A stretch of DNA of 64,000 nucleotides from an uncultured Acidobacteriota bacterium (GTDB lineage: Bacteria; Acidobacteriota; Vicinamibacteria; Marinacidobacterales; SMYC01), in the NCBI GenBank assembly GCA_963716925.1, contig CAVQUX010000025.1, positions 656,751 through 720,750 on the forward strand, written 5' to 3'. The position numbers and the translations under genes were made by a program. The notes beneath the pieces are model-generated. The model was not told where the DNA came from and ran no database searches. It was given only the letters and a program-made list of their open reading frames with translations. Every line of letters begins with the position of its first letter. Position 1 is the stretch's first letter. Positions 1 through 8,069 of the stretch are shown here, piece by piece.

Positions 1-239
1 GGTAGTACGAGAGAGCCCGGGTCACCGCATCGACGAGAGTGAGACGGTCCTGGGCCTCCGCCAGGGATCCCGCCACCAACCCCAAGAGCACCACCGCCGC
101 ACGGTCAACGATATCCGTCATTCGACGCCTCCAGCGCGGTGAGAGCCTGGCATCGCTTGGAGCGATGCGTCAACCTTCGTCCGGGGGGCGAGTCATCGCA
201 GTCGGGGCGCCGGGAAGAAAAGGACGGATCCGCGATGCC

Positions 240-1181
240 TCACCATGGCATCCGGCGGCCGGTGTGTCGTCGTCCCTTCTCCGCGGCCTCGCGGTTCGCG
301 GCGCCGATGCGGACGCCTTCGTCGATCATCGCCTCGACGTCCTCCTCGGTGACGGAGTTCAGGAAGAAGATCCCCGCCGCCTTCGTCGCCGCGAGCACCC
401 GCGAACGCGCCCGCTGCATCAACTCGGGATAGGGGCCGGGAGGTCTTTCCAGGAGACCGTAGGAGAACCCCATGTCTCCGGGTCCCCACTCAGCGAAAGC
501 GATGCCAGGGACCCGCGTCGTCGCTTCCGCGCTCTCGAGCGCGTGGCGATCTTCAATCTTGATCCCGAGGAGAAGCTCTCCTTCCGGATTCAGGGGCCAG
601 GCGTCGGCGACCCGCAGATACTCCTTCGCGGAGATCCCCCAGATGGAGGCGGCATAATCCTGGCTTCCGCTCCCGCGGAGTCCCTCCTCGAGTCCCTCCC
701 CTACCTTCTGTTGATGAAAGGGGTACCGGGTGGCAGCGACGAAGACCCGCACCGCGGCTTCGGAGCGGGCATGGCAGAGGATCACCCCGTGGACTCCGGA
801 AGCGAGCACCTGCTGCACCACCCAGAAGTTGGCGCGCATCGACGCCTCGTCCAGACCGAGCACCGGAAGCGAGACCACGACCGCCGGCGTCCGGTGTCCG
901 CTCGCCGTGGGCCCGCCGTCGACCAGACCTCGCATGAACTCCCGGAGCCGGGTCACGTCGAACGCGCCGTGCTCGAGCTCGTAGTTGATGTAATCCGCCC
1001 AGGTGCCGGCGAGCTCCTTTCCTTCCTCGTAGCCTCCGCGGCTCGTCTCGTAGTACACGGGCTGGCCCTGCTCGAGAAGCTCGATGGCCTTGTTGATGCG
1101 CTTCGCCTCGGCCGACGCGATCGCGAGGAGGATTAGAAGCGCGGTCATGGAGACGGAAATTCGATTCGGTGCATCTTTCAC
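240..1181 (-). CDS. HpcH/HpaI-family aldolase with N-terminal signal peptide
   Basis: The translation has the HpcH/HpaI aldolase fold pattern (VVVSLPVLG ... GVHGVILCHARS ... GIKIEDRHALESAEA ... GIAFAEWGPGDMGF). The N-terminus MKDAPNRISVSMTALLILLAIASAEA looks like a Sec signal peptide. The start is GTG at 1181 or possibly the internal ATG (MTALL). Confidence 0.75.
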   Translation of the reverse strand: MKDAPNRISVSMTALLILLAIASAEAKRINKAIELLEQGQPVYYETSRGGYEEGKELAGTWADYINYELEHGAFDVTRLREFMRGLVDGGPTASGHRTPAVVVSLPVLGLDEASMRANFWVVQQVLASGVHGVILCHARSEAAVRVFVAATRYPFHQQKVGEGLEEGLRGSGSQDYAASIWGISAKEYLRVADAWPLNPEGELLLGIKIEDRHALESAEATTRVPGIAFAEWGPGDMGFSYGLLERPPGPYPELMQRARSRVLAATKAAGIFFLNSVTEEDVEAMIDEGVRIGAANREAAEKGRRHTGRRMPW

Positions 1182-1218
1182 CCTCCGCCACCGCGCTTCA
1201 AGTGGGTGTTCAGCCGCT
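1144..1218. repeat. Left copy of ~75 bp direct repeat flanking vapBC; spans the aldolase start codon and its upstream region
   Basis: By-eye alignment of 1144-1218 with 2040-2114 gives about 85 percent identity (tcatggagacggaa..tcgattcggtg...caccctccgcc...tcaagtggg..ttcagccg). Confidence 0.7.
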
Positions 1219-1249
1219 TGACGGCCAGCGTCGATGGAGTCATATTACT

Positions 1250-1483
1250 TCAATGGCACTCTCCAGGAAGAAGGCAACGACCATCGCGCTCGATCCGGAG
1301 GCAGACCGGCTGCTCACGCGCGCCGCGCGTGAGCGCGGCGTCTCGCGTTCGGAGTTCATCCGGCAGCAGCTCAATCTCGTTCTCGAACAGTACCGCCGCC
1401 ATCCCAAACCGAGAAGCGCTGGAATCGTCCGCTCCTTGGCCGAGCGCGGCGACGAGAACGAGCTGTTCGGTGGACGTCGCTGA
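1250..1483 (+). CDS. vapB: Ribbon-helix-helix (CopG/VapB-type) antitoxin
   Basis: MALSRKKATTIALDPEADRLLTRAARERGVSRSEFIRQQL is a classic RHH N-terminus. The gene overlaps the downstream PIN gene by 14 nt. I took the start at the internal ATG of track ORF 1169..1483. Confidence 0.8.
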   Translation, partial: SMALSRKKATTIALDPEADRLLTRAARERGVSRSEFIRQQLNLVLEQYRRHPKPRSAGIVRSLAERGDENELFGGRR

Positions 1484-1916
1484 CACGGCGGCGTTGATCT
1501 GCGATACCGGCGCGCTGCTCGATTACCTCGTCGAGAGCGCGCCCGACCACGAGCGTTTTCGCGAAGCCATCGACCGGGCGCGTACTCGCTACGTCCCCGG
1601 TTTGGTGTTGGCGGAGGTTGATTACTTCCTTCGCGATGAGCGGCACGCGATGAACGCGCTCATGGACGATTTCGCACGCGGCGCGTTCACTTACGCCCCG
1701 CCGACACTGGACGAGCTCTCTCGGGCCATGGAGATCGATCGGCGATACGCCGACCTGGGCCTCGGCCTCGTCGATTCATCGGTGGTCGCTCTCGCCGATG
1801 CCCTCTCCCTCCGACGCATCGCGACGCGAGACGCACGCCATTTCGCGGCAGTCCGGCTCAGCGACGGCCGCGCGTTCGAGCTGGTCGTTTACCCGAGCGA
1901 TCCGGATGAATCCTAG
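1470..1916 (+). CDS. vapC: PIN-domain toxin (VapC family)
   Basis: The GTG start at 1470 reads VDVADTAALICDTGALLDYL, followed by acidic PIN residues (DSSVVALADALSLRRIATRDARHF). It is translationally coupled to the antitoxin gene. Confidence 0.8.
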   Translation: MDVADTAALICDTGALLDYLVESAPDHERFREAIDRARTRYVPGLVLAEVDYFLRDERHAMNALMDDFARGAFTYAPPTLDELSRAMEIDRRYADLGLGLVDSSVVALADALSLRRIATRDARHFAAVRLSDGRAFELVVYPSDPDES

Positions 1917-2039
1917 CTGTTGAGCGGGAGCTGGCGAAGCGAACTCCCTCGAAGCGCCGGCCGGGAGCCGGCAGCGCGCAGCCTCCATCTCGGTCCCCGG
2001 TGAGCTCCACCGATTGCATCTCGAGGACCAGAATCGCGT

Positions 2040-2114
2040 TCATGGAGACGGAAGCTCGATTCGGTGGACCTTCCACCCTCCGCCGTCACGCCTCAAGTGG
2101 GCCTTCAGCCGTTC
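2040..2114. repeat. Right copy of ~75 bp direct repeat flanking vapBC; overlaps the 3' end of the downstream NTF2-like gene
   Basis: See the left copy. On the minus strand the right copy also encodes a pseudo N-terminus, MEGPPNRASVSM, that mimics the aldolase N-terminus MKDAPNRISVSM. Confidence 0.7.
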
Positions 2115-2495
2115 GGGCTGGAAGGGAGTCCCGAGCACGACATAGCGTTCCTCGCCCCGGATGGCGACCACGACCGCGTCGAAGGTGACGCGGGCCTCCG
2201 TCCCCTCGACGTCGACCTCGAGAGTATCCACGGTCGCGTTCAACCGATCGACGCGGCCGAAGCTCTCCCGCACCATCGCCTCGAAGGCCGCGCGGTTCGC
2301 ATGCATGAAGTCTGCGTAGTCGGAGGAGAAGTACGACAGGAGCGCTTCGACGTCCACGGCCTCGGCGGCCGCGGCCGCGCCTTCGAGCGTTCGCCTCACC
2401 CGCGCCTCCGGCGAGAGGTAGCGATCCCAGGCCACGTACCCCAGGAGGAGCGCCGCGGCGAGCCCGACGATGGCGCCGGCCTTGGCTCGGTTCAC
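2040..2495 (-). CDS. Membrane-anchored NTF2/SnoaL-like (DUF4440-like) protein
   Basis: A single N-terminal TM helix (AIVGLAAALLLGYVAW) is followed by an NTF2-like domain of about 110 aa. The start is uncertain: GTG at 2495 abuts the permease stop, and the ATG at 2612 would overlap it. Confidence 0.55.
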   Translation of the reverse strand: MNRAKAGAIVGLAAALLLGYVAWDRYLSPEARVRRTLEGAAAAAEAVDVEALLSYFSSDYADFMHANRAAFEAMVRESFGRVDRLNATVDTLEVDVEGTEARVTFDAVVVAIRGEERYVVLGTPFQPERLKAHLRRDGGGWKVHRIELPSP

Positions 2496-2496
2496 T

Positions 2497-3870
2497 TCAT
2501 CGAGCCGCTTCGGGCGCGCTCCGGGTGAGGCCGCGCCACAGGGTGAAGGCGGGAAAGCCCGCGAGCGAGATCGCGAGCCCCAGAACTGGAGCCCAATCCC
2601 CGCGGGCCGCATTGCTCCAGGCGATCCCCACGAGAAACAGGCTCACCACGAGAACGAAAACCAGCGGAACCAAAGGGTAGCCGGGAGTCCGGTAGGGCCG
2701 CGGAGCATCCGGCATCTTTCGCCTGAGGACGAAGATCGCCGCGATGGCGAACACCAGCGCCGTCCACTCCACGAGAACGAAGTAGGTCGAAAGCCGGCCG
2801 AAGCTTCCGAGCCAGAGGATGAGGCACACGGTGATCGCGCCCTGGACGAGGAGAGCCACGTGCGGGGTGGCGAACGTCGGGTGGCAGCGCCCGAGGATCG
2901 CGAAGCCGAGGCCGTCGCGCGCCATCGCGTAAGGTACGCGGGAGTTGGTGAGGACGATGGCGCAGAGCGTCCCGAAGACACTCGCCAGGATCACCGCGTT
3001 CATCGCCGCTCCGCCGGCGGGGCCGAAGAGATCGAAGGCCACGCGGCGCGCGACCACCGTCTCCTTCGCCATCTCCGAGATCGGCAGCGTCAGGTGGTAC
3101 ATGAAGTTCGTCGCCAGGTAGAACACGATGACGATGAACATGCCGCTCAGGATGATGCGGCTGATCTGCCTTTCGGGGTCCTTGACCTCGCCCGCCACCA
3201 GACCGAGGTAAGCCCAGCCGTTGTAGGTGAAGATGATGAAAGCCGCCGCCTGAGCGAGCCCTCCCATCGGAACGTCGCCGCCGGTCGATAGACGAGTCCA
3301 ATCCGCCCCTCCGGCGGCGAGAGCTAGGAAGAACAGCGCCGCGAGGGCCGCCATCTTGACGGCGGTGAACAGGCTCTGCACCGTCGTCGCGAGCGCCACT
3401 CCGAGAACGTTGATTACCGTGAGCACGACGATGATTCCGACCGCGATCCCTTTCACGAGAAAAGGAGAGGAGGTCGAAGGCGGCGCCCCCGAGAGCTCGA
3501 CGAGCTGCTCGGCGAAGACCATCGCGACCGCGCCCAGGGACGCAGGGATGGCTCCCACGAGATACATCCAGCCGAAAGTGAACGCCGCCCCGTCTCCATA
3601 GGCTTTCTGCAGGATGACGTAGGTCCCGCCGGTTCTGGGAATGAGAGAGGACAGCTCGGCGAGAGTGAGGGCGCCGCAGAGACTCACGAGACCGAAGATC
3701 ACCCAGAGCGCGAGGACGACCCCGGGGTTCGGGAGCACCCGCACGATCTCCGCCGGAGTGCGAAAGATGCCGCTTCCGACGATGCTCCCGATGACGATGG
3801 CGGCTCCCGCCCAGAAACCGATGGCGCGCTTCAGGTCGGTCGCGGGAAGACCGACGGGTGGGTTGGGCAC
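2497..3870 (-). CDS. APC-family amino acid permease
   Basis: The protein is 457 aa with 12 predicted TM helices. The N-terminal GSGIFRTPAEI region and overall hydrophobic profile are typical of the amino acid/polyamine/organocation superfamily. Confidence 0.85.
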   Translation of the reverse strand: MPNPPVGLPATDLKRAIGFWAGAAIVIGSIVGSGIFRTPAEIVRVLPNPGVVLALWVIFGLVSLCGALTLAELSSLIPRTGGTYVILQKAYGDGAAFTFGWMYLVGAIPASLGAVAMVFAEQLVELSGAPPSTSSPFLVKGIAVGIIVVLTVINVLGVALATTVQSLFTAVKMAALAALFFLALAAGGADWTRLSTGGDVPMGGLAQAAAFIIFTYNGWAYLGLVAGEVKDPERQISRIILSGMFIVIVFYLATNFMYHLTLPISEMAKETVVARRVAFDLFGPAGGAAMNAVILASVFGTLCAIVLTNSRVPYAMARDGLGFAILGRCHPTFATPHVALLVQGAITVCLILWLGSFGRLSTYFVLVEWTALVFAIAAIFVLRRKMPDAPRPYRTPGYPLVPLVFVLVVSLFLVGIAWSNAARGDWAPVLGLAISLAGFPAFTLWRGLTRSAPEAAR

Positions 3871-3922
3871 GGCCCGGCGATCCTATGAGCCGACCCGCGT
3901 AGAGTCAACCCGGGAATCGATT

Positions 3923-4552
3923 TTACTTCTTGGTGCGCGGCGACGTTCCGAGGACGTCCCCTTCGGTCGTGACTCCAAGGCCGTTGAGAACGCGGTTCGC
4001 GTAGTTGAAGTAGCTCACCACCTGGTTGGCTTCGAGGATCTCGCCGTCGCTCGCGCCTGCCGTTTTCAGCGCCTCGATATGGCCCCGGTTCACGAGACTC
4101 GGGGCGAGGGTCAGAGTCTTCGCGTAGCGTAGAAGCTCGAGCTCCTTCCCCGAGAAGGCGCGTTCGGGTCGGTCGGACGCGAGCGCCCCGCGTATCTTCT
4201 CGAAGCGGGCGTCGTCCGCGAGGGCGAGCCTCAGGCCTTCGGAGTGGTGGGCGGCGCTGTACTGACATCCGTTGAGGAGGCTGGTATAGACCCCGAGAGA
4301 TTCCAGAAGCCACGCCGGCATCTCGTTTCCCGGGTGATGGAGAACGGAGCGATAGAGCGCGTAGTGGCCTTCGAGGGTGTGCGGCCGCAGGGAATGAACC
4401 TTCACCACGTTGTCGAGGTTCCCGCTCGCGCCCTTCACCACGTCGTAGATTCGCCGGAGCTCGCCCTCCGACTCTTCGTACGGGATGACGCGGATCCAGG
4501 CGACCTCGGCCGCGGAAGCGACGGAGAGCGCGAGCGCGATGGGAATCAGCAT
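3923..4552 (-). CDS. Carboxymuconolactone decarboxylase (AhpD-like) family protein, secreted
   Basis: It shows CMD-family conservation (YALYRSVLHHPG, NGCQYSAAHH). The start MLIPIALALSVASAA at 4552 is a signal peptide, and a GGAGG site lies upstream on the minus strand. Confidence 0.7.
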   Translation of the reverse strand: MLIPIALALSVASAAEVAWIRVIPYEESEGELRRIYDVVKGASGNLDNVVKVHSLRPHTLEGHYALYRSVLHHPGNEMPAWLLESLGVYTSLLNGCQYSAAHHSEGLRLALADDARFEKIRGALASDRPERAFSGKELELLRYAKTLTLAPSLVNRGHIEALKTAGASDGEILEANQVVSYFNYANRVLNGLGVTTEGDVLGTSPRTKK

Positions 4553-4610
4553 GAGACCTCCTCTGTCGGAGCGGGGAGATGATAGCATCCGCCACTCAGG
4601 AGGGACCCCG

Positions 4611-5609
4611 ATGAAGACCTGGATGACCTGGCCGCTTCCCATGCTCCTCATGCTCGCTCAAGCCCGCGACCGCGTGGGGGTGGCGCAGGAGCTCGCCCCC
4701 GGCGTGTACTTCCACCAGGGAAACCTCGACAAGGGGCACTGCAACCAGGGCTTCGTGGTCTTCAGGAACTTCGTCCTCGTAATCGACGGAAACTTTCCCG
4801 AAGGCGCCGAGGAGGTCATCGCCAAGATCCGCAGCATGACCGACAAACCCATCCGCTTCGCATTCGACACCCACCACCACGGCGATCACATGTACGGGAA
4901 CAAGGTATGGGTCGACGCCGGCGCCGTTCCCGTGGCCCACGAGGGAGTGGTCGAGGAGGCGAAGAAGTACGAGACGGGACACTTCGGCGGGGCGCCCGGA
5001 CGCTGGGAGGAAGCCGCGAAGGAGCGCAAGGACGTGCGCGAGAGCGAGCTGGTGCTGCCCGTGATCCGCTATCCCGACCGCATGGTCTTCGACGACGGGA
5101 CGATGAGGGTGGAGCTCCTCCACTTCGGTGTCGCCCACACCCACGGGGACGGCTGGGCCTGGCTTCCGCGGGAGAGGATCCTGTTCAGCGGCGATGCCTG
5201 CGTGAACGGGCCCCACAATTTCGTCGGCGATGGAGACATTCAAGAATGGATCGCGACCCTGGCGAAGGCCAGAAAGCTCGACCCCAGAACCGTCGGTCCC
5301 GGCCACGGGCCGCTCTCCGACGGAAGCGTCCTCGCCGACCAGCAGGCCTACTTCGAAGAGCTCTCCCGCGTCGTCGCCGCGGCGAAGAGCCAGGTCAAGA
5401 ACGCGGCCGAAATGGAAGCCCGGGTTCCGGCGCTGCGGGAGGAGATCGTGAAGAAAGCGTCGATCACCCGCTACGTCGGCGACGGCTTCGCGGCCCAGGT
5501 CGAGAAGGTCTGGGTCGAGATGGGTGGAGAGGCTTTCTCGTCGTCACCGCTGGCTTTGCATCGCGAGGAGCACGAGCGCCACCACGGCATCCGGCACGAA
5601 GGGCGTTAG
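4611..5609 (+). CDS. MBL-fold metallo-hydrolase, periplasmic
   Basis: It carries the HxHxDH motif (FDTHHHGDHMYGN) and downstream His and Asp ligands (HTHGDGW, GPGHGP). The start at 4611 follows a signal peptide (MKTWMTWPLPMLLMLAQA) and an AGGGA site. Confidence 0.8.
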   Translation: MKTWMTWPLPMLLMLAQARDRVGVAQELAPGVYFHQGNLDKGHCNQGFVVFRNFVLVIDGNFPEGAEEVIAKIRSMTDKPIRFAFDTHHHGDHMYGNKVWVDAGAVPVAHEGVVEEAKKYETGHFGGAPGRWEEAAKERKDVRESELVLPVIRYPDRMVFDDGTMRVELLHFGVAHTHGDGWAWLPRERILFSGDACVNGPHNFVGDGDIQEWIATLAKARKLDPRTVGPGHGPLSDGSVLADQQAYFEELSRVVAAAKSQVKNAAEMEARVPALREEIVKKASITRYVGDGFAAQVEKVWVEMGGEAFSSSPLALHREEHERHHGIRHEGR

Positions 5610-5866
5610 CGCCAGTTTTCTTCCGACCGGGCCTCCACCTCGAACGGATTCCGCCAGTAGCCGTAACGGATGTGAAACCAGGCGTAGAGGAAGGCGAACC
5701 GCACCGGCCCATGCTCCTTCCATTGCCGCACGTGCACCTGCTCGTGCCGCAGGATCGACTCTTCCAGGTTCTCGAGGCGGGTGAAGACGTGGTCCCAGAG
5801 GGTCACCGCCACGTACTTCCGGGGGAGCGCCCAGCGCGCGAGCCGGGATCCATAGTGGACCTTCAA
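5606..5866 (-). CDS. Small (86 aa) HExxH metallopeptidase-like protein (DUF45/WLM-like motif)
   Basis: The motif ILRHEQVHVRQWKEHGPVRFAF resembles the HExxH..Fw core of DUF45/WLM proteins. Its start codon overlaps the GH3 stop (coupled), and its composition is protein-like, unlike the overlapping R/S-rich ORFs. Confidence 0.5.
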   Translation of the reverse strand: MKVHYGSRLARWALPRKYVAVTLWDHVFTRLENLEESILRHEQVHVRQWKEHGPVRFAFLYAWFHIRYGYWRNPFEVEARSEENWR

Positions 5867-7563
5867 CGTGGAAGCTCGAGACCGGCAACGGGGAGTTTTC
5901 CCGAAGGCGTGATCTCGCCTTTGAGAAGCCGAACGAATGCGTCGGCGTAGACGAGCTGGTTCCCGTAGAAGCCGCCCTCGCCGTACCCGACGACGAAAGC
6001 CGATACGCCGGGAAGATCCTCGGCGAGGTACGGGTTTCCGAACGAGAGCACCAGGGTTCGGACGCCCGCGGCGGCGAAGCCCCGGATGAGCTCGAGGTCT
6101 CTCGAGGGAAGGACGCCGCGATCCCGGTAGACGGTTCTCTGGTGAAAGAGCGAGACGACGACGGTATCCGCCGAAAGCCCCGCCCTCCGGGCGGCATCGT
6201 ACCGCGCGGGGTCGACCCCGGGACCGAGAAGGAACGACTCCCGAAGCGAGAGCCCCTCGCGCATCTTCTGGGCCGCCGAGAGCGGTGCGGGATCCCCCTC
6301 GTTCTTCTGGCTCGAGACGTAGACGATCGTTCCCAGGGCTTCGCGCTTCGCGGGGAACACGCCGCGATCGACGAGGGCGGTGAGCGATCGCTCCGCGACC
6401 TCGCGAACCAGATCCCGGTGAGCTTTCGCGCCCACGACCGATCCGATGCGCTCCGGGTCGACGAAACGATCTCGATGAAGCCCGAGCCGCGCCTTCGAGT
6501 AGAGGATCTTCTCGACGGAGGCGTCGATGCGCGCGAGCGGGATGTCCCCGGACTCGACCGCCCGGACCAGGGCCTCGATGGTGGCGACGGCATTCGCGGG
6601 CTTCAGCAGCACGTCGTGCCCGGCCTGTACCGCCATCACCCCCGCTCTCTCGGCGCCGAAGCGCTTCACCACCTTGGGATACCAGAGGTCGTCGGTGGTG
6701 AGAACACCCTGGAACCCGAGGCGCTCCCGGAGCCAGTAGGAGGCGAGCTTCGGCTCGACGCTCGCCGGCAGATCCGAGCCTCCGGTCAAAGCGGGAATGG
6801 TGATGTGCTCGCTCATGACGAAAGCGACGCCGGAATCGATCGCCGACCCAAAGGCGCGAAGATCCTCCGCCTCGACCCGCGCTGCCGGCTTGGAGTTCCG
6901 GAGGAACTCGTCTTCCAGGATCTCGACGTCCCCTCGGCCAGGGTAATGCTTCGCGGTCGCGAGCATGCCGTTCTCCTGGTACCCGCGGATGTAGGCCCCG
7001 GCCATGCGCCCGAGGAGATCCAGGTCCGATCCAAAAGAGCGCACGCCGAGGACGGGATTGTCGGGAAGGGTCTGGACGTCCACCACCGGAGAATAGGTGA
7101 GGTGGATTCCGATCGCGCGCCCCTCGAGAGCGCCGACTCTTCCCACCTCATAGGCGAGACGCTCGTCGCCGACGGCCGAAAGAGCCATGTTCGCGGGAAA
7201 CTCCGAGGCGCCCTGGAACTGCTGGCCCGGACCGCCTTCGAAGTCCGCGGAGACGAGAATCGGGATCCGGGCGCGCTTCTGGAGACGGTTCAGCAGATGC
7301 GCCGTCTCGTACGGCGCCCCTCCATAGACCACGAACCCGCCGATGCCGTAGTCCTCGGCGAGCCGGCTCCAGTAGCGGAAGTCGTCGGTATCCTCGGCGA
7401 CGTAGCCGCCGCGGATCTGCTCGCAGACCATCTGCCCGGCTTTCTCGCGGAGAGACATCGAAGCCCGCGTCTCCGCCGCCCACCGCCTGGCTTCCTCGTC
7501 GCTTTGAGCCCAGGCCGCGCCCGCGAACGAAAGGCAGAGGACGTACGACAGGAGCCGCGCCAT
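5863..7563 (-). CDS. Glycoside hydrolase family 3 (beta-glucosidase / beta-N-acetylhexosaminidase-like)
   Basis: It has GH3 N-terminal domain hallmarks (KAGQMVCEQI, GGFVVYGG, ATAKHYPGRGD) and a signal peptide MARLLSYVLCLSFAGAAWA. I took the start at the internal ATG at 7563, which overlaps the upstream stop by 1 nt. Confidence 0.85.
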   Translation of the reverse strand: MARLLSYVLCLSFAGAAWAQSDEEARRWAAETRASMSLREKAGQMVCEQIRGGYVAEDTDDFRYWSRLAEDYGIGGFVVYGGAPYETAHLLNRLQKRARIPILVSADFEGGPGQQFQGASEFPANMALSAVGDERLAYEVGRVGALEGRAIGIHLTYSPVVDVQTLPDNPVLGVRSFGSDLDLLGRMAGAYIRGYQENGMLATAKHYPGRGDVEILEDEFLRNSKPAARVEAEDLRAFGSAIDSGVAFVMSEHITIPALTGGSDLPASVEPKLASYWLRERLGFQGVLTTDDLWYPKVVKRFGAERAGVMAVQAGHDVLLKPANAVATIEALVRAVESGDIPLARIDASVEKILYSKARLGLHRDRFVDPERIGSVVGAKAHRDLVREVAERSLTALVDRGVFPAKREALGTIVYVSSQKNEGDPAPLSAAQKMREGLSLRESFLLGPGVDPARYDAARRAGLSADTVVVSLFHQRTVYRDRGVLPSRDLELIRGFAAAGVRTLVLSFGNPYLAEDLPGVSAFVVGYGEGGFYGNQLVYADAFVRLLKGEITPSGKLPVAGLELPR

Positions 7564-8045
7564 CACGATCGAGCGCAAATCTCGAAGACCCGCGCGAGCT
7601 TTCCCTCGCGAAACACGAACTCCTGGACGGCGTGCATGTCGTAGCCCCGCCCGTCCTCGGCGTAGCGCCCCTGCTCGCGCACGATACAAACCACGGCCTC
7701 CCCTTGGGCCACGATCGACAGAACGACGGGCTTCTGCTCTTCGAGCATCGCGAAGTTGCGCCGGAGGGCGTCCACGAAAGCGGGCGCTCCCTCCGCGCTC
7801 CGAATGAAGGGCACGTCGGGAGGCGCCAGGATCTGAAGGCTCACGCCGTCCTCGACGACCCTGGCGATCGCGTCGTAGTCGTCGCGGGCGATCGCCTCGA
7901 CCATCGCTCTCACCGCCGCGACGTTGCGCATCTCCTGGCTCTTGTCGAGGGCGTTGGGATCGCCCTTGGCGAACAACCCATCATACGTCTGCGCGCACTC
8001 CTCCATGCCCTTCCGCACCATGGTCCACCTCCCCGCCGCTATCAT
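7563..8045 (-). CDS. SnoaL-like / NTF2-fold protein
   Basis: It is about 150 aa with a ketosteroid-isomerase-like pattern and is translationally coupled to GH3. Confidence 0.65.
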   Translation of the reverse strand: MIAAGRWTMVRKGMEECAQTYDGLFAKGDPNALDKSQEMRNVAAVRAMVEAIARDDYDAIARVVEDGVSLQILAPPDVPFIRSAEGAPAFVDALRRNFAMLEEQKPVVLSIVAQGEAVVCIVREQGRYAEDGRGYDMHAVQEFVFREGKLARVFEICARS

Positions 8046-8069
8046 AGTCCCGATTCTCCGCGCGGGCGA

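Noticed and set aside
39-1136. 365-aa plus-strand ORF at 39..1136, antisense to the aldolase gene
   Set aside because: Its composition is R/A/G-rich and low-complexity, typical of an off-frame GC-rich ORF. The opposite strand encodes a recognisable HpcH aldolase.
2000-2188. 62-aa plus-strand ORF at 2000..2188 and the minus-strand MEGPPNRASVSM ORF at 1858..2076, as a second small gene after vapC
   Set aside because: Both lie within the right-hand repeat copy and are explained as a decayed duplicate of the aldolase start region.
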